NCBI GenBank assembly: GCA_964403835.1
Contig: CAYOHR010000005.1
Coordinates: 2,427-66,426, forward strand
Length of the DNA: 64,000 bases
Direction of reading: 5' to 3'
Source of the DNA: an uncultured Flavobacteriales bacterium
GTDB taxonomy: Bacteria; Bacteroidota; Bacteroidia; Flavobacteriales_G; JALEGO01
Below are positions 58,157 through 64,000 of the stretch, piece by piece. The position numbers and the translations under genes were made by a program. Within the stretch, counting starts at the first letter, position 1. Each line of letters opens with the position of its first letter. The notes beneath the pieces were generated by a model. That model saw nothing but the letters and a program-made list of their open reading frames with translations, did no database searches and was not told the origin of the DNA.

Positions 58157-58801
58157 ATGAAAAAATTATCTCTAACAGCAATAATTATGTTTTGTATTTA
58201 TTGCTCTTCTTTCGCTCAAAAAGGGTGGAAATTAGGTTTTCAGTATACGTTGGCTAATAGCCAGTTTTATGGGGTATCATATATGCCTAATACTGACCCC
58301 AATTTTATTAGTGAATTTAAGCCTAAAAATTCTTTTGGAACAGGAATAGATATCAATTACAGCATATCCGAAAAATGGAGTTTGGGCTTACAAACATCGT
58401 ATCAACAAAGGGGTGCTTTTTTTGATGTTAATACAAACACTTTTAAACCCCGTTATAAGTTATCTTATATGGATAATCTTTTGTACATAAAACATTACTC
58501 GAAACCCCTAATAAGGAATGTCAAAGGAAGTATTCTTTTAGGTGCGAATGCTAATATTTTGCTAAATGCTTCTCGCCAAAATAGCTATGGCTCAACGAAT
58601 ACAAGCTCCGAAACAAATATGATGGATTATGCAGCTACTGTCGCTTTAGGCATTGTTATTCCTCGATTAGAAAAAGATGCTTTCGAAATACAAGTTTTTG
58701 GTTCCCCTTCGTTCAGTTCTGTTTTTATAGGTGACATGCCAAGTGCCAAAAATATGTTGTACGGAATTCGGTTAAATTATTTATTAGGTTTGAAAAAGTA
58801 A
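58157..58801 (+). CDS. outer-membrane beta-barrel protein
   Basis: Signal peptide, alternating beta-strand pattern, 214 aa; begins 4 nt after the oxidase stop. Confidence 0.6.
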   Translation: MKKLSLTAIIMFCIYCSSFAQKGWKLGFQYTLANSQFYGVSYMPNTDPNFISEFKPKNSFGTGIDINYSISEKWSLGLQTSYQQRGAFFDVNTNTFKPRYKLSYMDNLLYIKHYSKPLIRNVKGSILLGANANILLNASRQNSYGSTNTSSETNMMDYAATVALGIVIPRLEKDAFEIQVFGSPSFSSVFIGDMPSAKNMLYGIRLNYLLGLKK

Positions 58802-58807
58802 AAAAAT

Positions 58808-60847
58808 ATGAAGAAAATTATTTCTGTAATCCCTTTATTGATAATAGCTATCGTTAGTTATTCCCAGCAAAATACTGAACCCTGCTATTTCGATGAATAC
58901 CAACGAAAAAATGAATCATCCATACAAACTATGGAGAAAAAAATAGCTCATTATTTAAAAAACAAGACCTCTCAGGAAGCAAAAACAGGGAATATTTATA
59001 TTATTCCAGTGGTTGTGCATATCATTCACAATGGGGGTAGTGAAAATATATCGGATGCTCAAATTCAAAGTCAAATAGATGTATTAAATGAAGATTTTAG
59101 AAAAATCAGTGGCTCCAATGGAGATGGTAACGGTGTAGATACAGAAATAGAATTTTGTTTGGCCAAAATTACTCCGGATGGCAAATGTACGAATGGTATT
59201 GTTCGCATTCAATCCCCCTTAGCAAATCATCAAACTTATCAACGATCTCAATTAAAAAATTTAAGTTACTGGGATAATATTCGCTATTTAAATATGTATA
59301 TCGTAAAAAACATCAATAACGGAAGTGGTATTTTAGGATACTCTTCTTTTCCTGGTGGCCCACCCGATGAAGATGGGATTGTAGTACGACACGATTTTTT
59401 TGGAAAAATAGGTACAGCTTCAGGTTCCTTGGGCAGAACAACTACCCATGAAATCGGCCACTGGTTTGGCTTATATCATACCTTTAACGGAGGTTGCGGA
59501 GTTGATGTTTGTACAGATGGCGATTATGTTTGTGATACTCCACCTGCAGCGAATCCGAATTTTGGGTGCCCTGTAAAAAATAGTTGTAGTAATGATTCTC
59601 CTGATGTTAATGACCAGGTAGCGAATTACCTCGACTATTCGGATGATTATTGTAAAAGTATGTTTACACAAGGGCAAAAAGATAGAATGCAAGCTACCTT
59701 AAATACCATTCGAAATGTTATAAGTAGTGCAAGCAATATTTCTGCTACCGGTTGCGATTCCAACTTTATGAGTAATAATTGCAATGTAGTAGCTGATTTT
59801 ACAGCTAATTCACAAGATGTTTGTACAGGAAATAGTATTGGTTTCATCAATAAAACATTAAATAATCCCGATTCATTTCAATGGTTTTTTCCTGGAGGTA
59901 TTCCCAACAGTTCCGTCAATCTAAATCCTATCATTACTTATACTACTCCAGGTACTTATTTGGTGAAACTAATTGCTTATGGAATGTACGGAAAAGATAG
60001 TGTAGAAACCCTTAATTATATTACTGTTTCTAACCCTCCGGTTGGGCAACCACTATCATTTTATAGAAATTTTGAAGATATAAGTACTTCTAGTTTTGAT
60101 GTAACTATAGATAATCCAGATGGGGGAATAACGTGGGAAATCGACACTATTGCTGTTCCTTATGAAGGAAAGGCAAGTATAAAAATAAATAATCTCATAA
60201 ATACCAATTACGGGCAATCGGATGCTATTGTTTTACCCAATCTTAATCTTACAACTATAGATAGTATTAAAAAAATGAGCTTCCGTTGGGCTTATGCTAG
60301 ATCAGATGCCAGTTATTCAGATGAATTAATTGTACTAATATCTACTGATTGTGGAGTTAACTTTACCCAAATATATTATAAAACAGGATCGGCCTTGGCT
60401 ACGGGTCCTACTCAAATTACGCCTTATATACCAGATAGCAATACTGTTTGGAAACTGGCGAATATCAATTTAGCACCGTATGATAGCGCTACCAATGCCA
60501 TTATAAAAATTGTAAACGTAACCGATGGAGGAAATAACTTATATATCGATCACATTAATATAGGAGGATTATACCCAGCTGGTATAGCAGAGAATACAGT
60601 TTATCAAAATATGAGTGTATATCCAAATCCTATTCAGGCCGATGAAATACTTCGTCTAAATATCCATTTTTTAAAAGGTACTCATATCGAAATTATGAAT
60701 ATGATGGGTACAATGGTTTATTCAAGCATTATTACAAAAGAAAACGATCTTTTGCTTTCTGGAAATATTTTAAAAACAAGGGGCATGTATATTATCAAAC
60801 TTTACAATACTCATCAAACATTTACAAGCAAAATTTTAAAACAATAA
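58808..60847 (+). CDS. M43 (pappalysin-like) zinc metalloprotease with PKD domain and T9SS type A sorting domain
   Basis: HEIGHWFGLYHTF zinc site plus a Cys-rich M43B region; PKD-like segment; C-terminal MSVYPNPIQADEIL...GMYIIKL sorting domain. Confidence 0.85.
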   Translation: MKKIISVIPLLIIAIVSYSQQNTEPCYFDEYQRKNESSIQTMEKKIAHYLKNKTSQEAKTGNIYIIPVVVHIIHNGGSENISDAQIQSQIDVLNEDFRKISGSNGDGNGVDTEIEFCLAKITPDGKCTNGIVRIQSPLANHQTYQRSQLKNLSYWDNIRYLNMYIVKNINNGSGILGYSSFPGGPPDEDGIVVRHDFFGKIGTASGSLGRTTTHEIGHWFGLYHTFNGGCGVDVCTDGDYVCDTPPAANPNFGCPVKNSCSNDSPDVNDQVANYLDYSDDYCKSMFTQGQKDRMQATLNTIRNVISSASNISATGCDSNFMSNNCNVVADFTANSQDVCTGNSIGFINKTLNNPDSFQWFFPGGIPNSSVNLNPIITYTTPGTYLVKLIAYGMYGKDSVETLNYITVSNPPVGQPLSFYRNFEDISTSSFDVTIDNPDGGITWEIDTIAVPYEGKASIKINNLINTNYGQSDAIVLPNLNLTTIDSIKKMSFRWAYARSDASYSDELIVLISTDCGVNFTQIYYKTGSALATGPTQITPYIPDSNTVWKLANINLAPYDSATNAIIKIVNVTDGGNNLYIDHINIGGLYPAGIAENTVYQNMSVYPNPIQADEILRLNIHFLKGTHIEIMNMMGTMVYSSIITKENDLLLSGNILKTRGMYIIKLYNTHQTFTSKILKQ

Positions 60848-60849
60848 TT

Positions 60850-61698
60850 ATGAAAAAAGTAATACTCGCATGCTTTACAGGAGCTAGTCTATTAATGTCT
60901 TATACCTTATTAGACACAGGAGGTTTATGTGACTCCCCAGTAGTTGGAGGTCATACAGGTGCTCCCGGTTCCCCAGCATGCCACTCCTGCCATTCGGGAA
61001 CACCAAATACAGGAACAGGCATTCTTAATCTTAGCTATTCCGATAGTTTAGATACTTATACACCTGGCGACACAGAATTATTTAGTGTATCGATAAATCA
61101 AACATCTATCGATAAATTTGGTTTTGCGATAACTGCCCGAAAAGCTTCTGATAATAGTTCTATAGGTACTTTTATTGTATTAGATCCGGTAAATACCAGA
61201 AAATTTACCGATGCTGGTGATTTTTATTTTAGTCATACTCCTTGTGGAGCTGATGCAACTACTATTGGAAGCCTTACCTGGCAATTTAAATGGAAAGCAC
61301 CTTCGAGCAATGTAGGCAATATTAAGTTTTATATTGCAGGATTAGCAGCGAATCATAATCATGCCACCAGCGGTGATTATACATACACAGATACGCTCAC
61401 TGTTTCACCTGCTGCAAGCACCGATATAAAACAATTTTTATTGGAAAAATCATTCCAAATATTCCCAAATCCAAACAAAGGGAGGTTTTCTGTGCAATAC
61501 GATTTGAATGAGCCATCTACCGTCGGTTTAAAAGTAATAAACATGGCAGGGAAAGAGGTTTTTACCACAAAAAAACGAAATCAATCACAGGGCTTAATGC
61601 AAATTGAGGTAAATACAGCACTTTCGAAAGGAGTTTATCAAGTAATATTGGATATAAATGGTAGTATTCTTCAAAAAAAATTGGTAATAAATGATTAA
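60850..61698 (+). CDS. T9SS type A sorting-domain protein with N-terminal CxxCH motif
   Basis: Signal peptide; GGHTGAPGSPACHSCHSG contains C-H-S-C-H; C-terminal FQIFPNPNKGRFSV...GVYQVIL sorting domain. Confidence 0.7.
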   Translation: MKKVILACFTGASLLMSYTLLDTGGLCDSPVVGGHTGAPGSPACHSCHSGTPNTGTGILNLSYSDSLDTYTPGDTELFSVSINQTSIDKFGFAITARKASDNSSIGTFIVLDPVNTRKFTDAGDFYFSHTPCGADATTIGSLTWQFKWKAPSSNVGNIKFYIAGLAANHNHATSGDYTYTDTLTVSPAASTDIKQFLLEKSFQIFPNPNKGRFSVQYDLNEPSTVGLKVINMAGKEVFTTKKRNQSQGLMQIEVNTALSKGVYQVILDINGSILQKKLVIND

Positions 61699-61718
61699 TA
61701 TCGAAAATTTAAAATTAT

Positions 61719-61795
61719 GCTATTGCGATATTCATAATATCTGCAATCAAATAATAAAATATGTGAATGATGTAAATGCTGCCAAGGATTATGTA
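61719..61795 (+). pseudogene. remnant of an HMA-lipoprotein gene (signal-peptide fragment, possibly also a C-terminal fragment)
   Basis: 61719-61747 matches 54679-54707 at 28 of 29 nt (AIAIFIISAI coding) but runs into a stop. An 11-nt match, aatgctgccaa, to the ECCQ-coding end of the intact gene follows at about 61775-61785. Confidence 0.4.
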
Positions 61796-61934
61796 AGTAT
61801 AATACAAATAAATAAAGCACCCTTTGCAGGGTAATAATTCTATAAGATTGATTCAGGTAAACTGTTATTTTAGATTCAGGGTTAAAAAGATGATAGAAAT
61901 CATCCCTACTATTGATTTGAGTCATATAGCAAAT

Positions 61935-61966
61935 ATTCATATATGCAGATATTCGTATGTCTGAAT
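61935..61966. promoter_or_regulatory. candidate ArsR/SmtB operator: imperfect 32-nt palindrome ATTCAtAtAT...ATgTcTGAAT
   Basis: Outer ATTCA/TGAAT arms and about 20 of 32 self-complementary positions; ends 12 nt upstream of the ArsR ATG. Confidence 0.4.
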
Positions 61967-61977
61967 TTGTATAAGCT

Positions 61978-62271
61978 ATGAGAAAAAAAGAACACGACCT
62001 AGTATTGATATCAGAGTCATTGAAAGCAATGGCTCATCCTGATAGAATTAGTATCCTACTACTTTTAGGTCAAAAAAAGAAAATTAAGTTTTCGGTTAAT
62101 GAAATTTGTAACAAACTAAAATTAAATCAGCCCGAAGCATCAAGACATCTTTCTATTTTGAAAAATAAGGGAATATTACTTTTTGAAAGAGTTGGTTCGT
62201 ACATATATTATTCAATAGACAGAAATAATTTAGTTTTTAATTGCATCGAAAATTTGCTCGACAAGAAATGA
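61978..62271 (+). CDS. ArsR/SmtB family metalloregulatory transcription factor
   Basis: LKAMAHPDRISILLLL and a winged-helix segment VNEICNKLKLNQPEASRHLSILKNKGIL; 97 aa. Confidence 0.85.
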   Translation: MRKKEHDLVLISESLKAMAHPDRISILLLLGQKKKIKFSVNEICNKLKLNQPEASRHLSILKNKGILLFERVGSYIYYSIDRNNLVFNCIENLLDKK

Positions 62272-63134
62272 AAAATAAAAAAAGCATATTAGTAACAAAA
62301 GCTTCAGGAGAAACAGCACTTTTTATTGAAGATAAGCTAAGAAACTCTTTGAAACATTCAGGTGCAAATAACAAGCAAACTGATGAAATTCTTGAGGAGA
62401 TTTCACATCAATTATATGAAGGAATACCTACTAAAAAAATTTACCAGTTAGCATTCAATAAATTAAAAGATAGTTCTAGACACTTAGCTGCCCGATACCA
62501 TTTAAAACAGGGTATCATGGAATTAGGCCCTTCCGGTTATCCTTTTGAGAGATTTATAGGAGAAATTCTTAAACATCAGGGATATACTGTAAAAGTTGGA
62601 GAAATTGTAAAGGGAAAATGTGTAAATCACGAAATTGATGTAATCGCTGAAAAAGACCACAATCATTTTATGATCGAATGCAAATACCATAATCAATCTG
62701 GAACAATAAGCAATGTAAAAATTCCGCTTTACATACAAGCACGTTTTAAAGATGTAGAAGCGGAATGGATTAAGCTTCCTGGTCATGGTACTAAATTTCA
62801 TCAGGGATGGGTAGTAACGAATACGCGCTTTACAAGTGATGCGATCCAGTACGGAATCTGTGCAGGACTTCACTTGCTTGGATGGGATTTTCCAAAAAAA
62901 GAAAGTTTGAAAGAACAAATTGATGCACTGGGACTTTATCCTATTACCTGCCTCACTACACTTACAAAAAATGAAAAGCAACAATTATTGGAAAACAATT
63001 TAGTACTGTGCAAAGAAATTTGTGATAACGAAATGCATTTGAAGAATATTGGAGTAAAACCTTCACGTATTAAATCAATACTTGAAGAAGGTCATCAGCT
63101 TTGTAATCAATTAATAAACAATGGGAAACATTAA
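62268..63134 (+). CDS. ATP-cone domain protein fused to an Mrr-like PD-(D/E)xK restriction-endonuclease fold
   Basis: N-terminal ATP-cone pattern (ILVTKASGETALFIEDKLRNSL...). Central FERFIGEILKHQGYTV...HEIDVIAEKD-NHFMIECKY matches the Mrr_cat D...E-x-K layout. The ATG at 62268 overlaps the ArsR stop (ATGA). Confidence 0.75.
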   Translation: MKNKKSILVTKASGETALFIEDKLRNSLKHSGANNKQTDEILEEISHQLYEGIPTKKIYQLAFNKLKDSSRHLAARYHLKQGIMELGPSGYPFERFIGEILKHQGYTVKVGEIVKGKCVNHEIDVIAEKDHNHFMIECKYHNQSGTISNVKIPLYIQARFKDVEAEWIKLPGHGTKFHQGWVVTNTRFTSDAIQYGICAGLHLLGWDFPKKESLKEQIDALGLYPITCLTTLTKNEKQQLLENNLVLCKEICDNEMHLKNIGVKPSRIKSILEEGHQLCNQLINNGKH

Positions 63135-64000
63135 ACTAAATAGTATTCCATATTCAGTAGAACCCGAAGCGGTGATTTCTGCTTTGCAGTCTGATGGTAC
63201 TACTGGATTATCATTATCAGAAGCTCAAAAACGCCTGAAAGAATATGGGGCAAATAAAATAGAAGAGAAAAAAAGTAAGAGTTTATGGCTTATTTTCTTT
63301 AGCCAGTTTAAAAGTCCAATTGTATGGCTTCTTGTTTTCGCTGCAGGCTTATCTTTTTATTTTGGCGAGAGGCTGGATGGTATTGCTATTCTTGTAGTAA
63401 TAATCATTAATACGCTCATTGGTTTTTACATGGAATACCAGGCAGAGCGTTCCATGAATGCGTTGAAAAAACTATCTGCTGTACCCGCCAAAGTTCTGCG
63501 GGATAAAAAATTGGAAGAAATAAATGCCGAAAATATTGTTCCTGGTGATGTGGTTTACATTGAAGCCGGAGATATGATTCCTGCGGATGGCAGAATTTTT
63601 AACGCTTCGCAGGTACAAATTGATGAATCATCATTAACAGGCGAATCTGTGCCTGTGGAAAAACAAATCGATAAATTACCTTCTGACACAACCCTTGCAG
63701 AAAGAAACAATATGCTTTTTAAGGGGACTTATTCCACAAAAGGTAATGGTTATATGGTAGTTACGGATACTGGTATGGATACTGAACTTGGGAAGATTGC
63801 ATTAATGGTACAATCGGCAGAACAAGCTGCCACTCCTCTCGAAAAAAAATTAGAGAATTTTAGTAAGAAACTTATTTGGATTACTGTGGGCTTGGTAGTA
63901 GTTATTTTTGTTGCCGGACTTCTGAAGGGACAAAAATTTCTTGAAATGTTGGAGACATCAATCGCACTTGCGGTTGCTGCCATACCTGAAGGTTTACCTA
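63121..64000 (+). CDS. P-type cation-transporting ATPase (P2-like N-terminus), 5' partial
   Basis: Absent from the ORF track because the frame stays open to the window end. Hand translation gives MGNIKLNSIPYSVEPEAVISALQSDGTTGLSLSEAQKRLKEYGANK (Cation_ATPase_N), DESSLTGESVPVEK and AVAAIPEGLP (TM4 PEGL). Overlaps the upstream stop by 14 nt. Confidence 0.85.
   Translation, partial: MGNIKLNSIPYSVEPEAVISALQSDGTTGLSLSEAQKRLKEYGANKIEEKKSKSLWLIFFSQFKSPIVWLLVFAAGLSFYFGERLDGIAILVVIIINTLIGFYMEYQAERSMNALKKLSAVPAKVLRDKKLEEINAENIVPGDVVYIEAGDMIPADGRIFNASQVQIDESSLTGESVPVEKQIDKLPSDTTLAERNNMLFKGTYSTKGNGYMVVTDTGMDTELGKIALMVQSAEQAATPLEKKLENFSKKLIWITVGLVVVIFVAGLLKGQKFLEMLETSIALAVAAIPEGLP

Larger units (their letters stand above)
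52061..64000. mobile_element. putative tRNA-Glu-associated integrative island (right end not identified, may lie beyond the window)
   Basis: The large serine recombinase abuts and overlaps the tRNA 3' half. Downstream genes are accessory-type metal-handling functions. The region looks more AT-rich by eye. No second att-like tRNA fragment was found in the window. Confidence 0.5.

Noticed and set aside
62523-62984. 153-aa ORF antisense to the ATP-cone/Mrr gene
   Set aside because: AT-rich antisense frame. The sense frame has clear domain motifs and start-stop overlap with its neighbours.

Overview
The window looks like a chromosomal segment of a low-GC Bacteroidota genome. Evidence for the phylum: T9SS type A and type B C-terminal sorting domains, a PorP/SprF gene, a TonB-receptor/DUF4249 pair, TAnnTTTG promoter motifs, and the ftsX-DUF3098-uppP-truB gene order.

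Positions 1-51.8 kb are mostly housekeeping genes. They include sdhCAB, pgk, rsmI, pyk, truA, gcvH, wecB, hemA, a hemC-hemD fusion, rnhA, a dsbD-like gene, ctp, thiL, holB, ftsX, uppP and truB, two MsbA-like ABC exporters, and a T9SS cargo/PorP/OmpA module. A small AT-rich islet at 3.9-6.5 kb holds two orphan genes and a ParE/RelE-type toxin-antitoxin pair.

A tRNA-Glu(UUC) lies at 52.03 kb. It is followed by what looks like an integrative island. The island's large serine recombinase gene ends inside the tRNA. Its cargo is a copper/metal-handling cluster: an HYC_CC_PP-like protein, an HMA lipoprotein, a methyltransferase, a Tat multicopper oxidase, an outer-membrane barrel, an M43 T9SS protease and a CxxCH T9SS protein. 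The cluster is followed by an overlapping ArsR / ATP-cone-Mrr-nuclease-fold / P-type ATPase operon that runs off the window.

The intergenic DNA is unusually structured:
- A family of long hairpins built from inverted ACTTAAT heptad arrays sits just upstream of start codons (sdhB, the M42 peptidase).
- An 82-nt perfect inverted repeat, inside mosaic elements of about 205-245 bp, brackets 4.7 kb.
- Inverted copies of an ATGCAT palindrome flank wecB.
- Direct repeats flank the toxin-antitoxin cassette.

I recognised no rRNA, CRISPR array or reverse transcriptase. All similarity calls come from motif recognition by eye, not from database searches.
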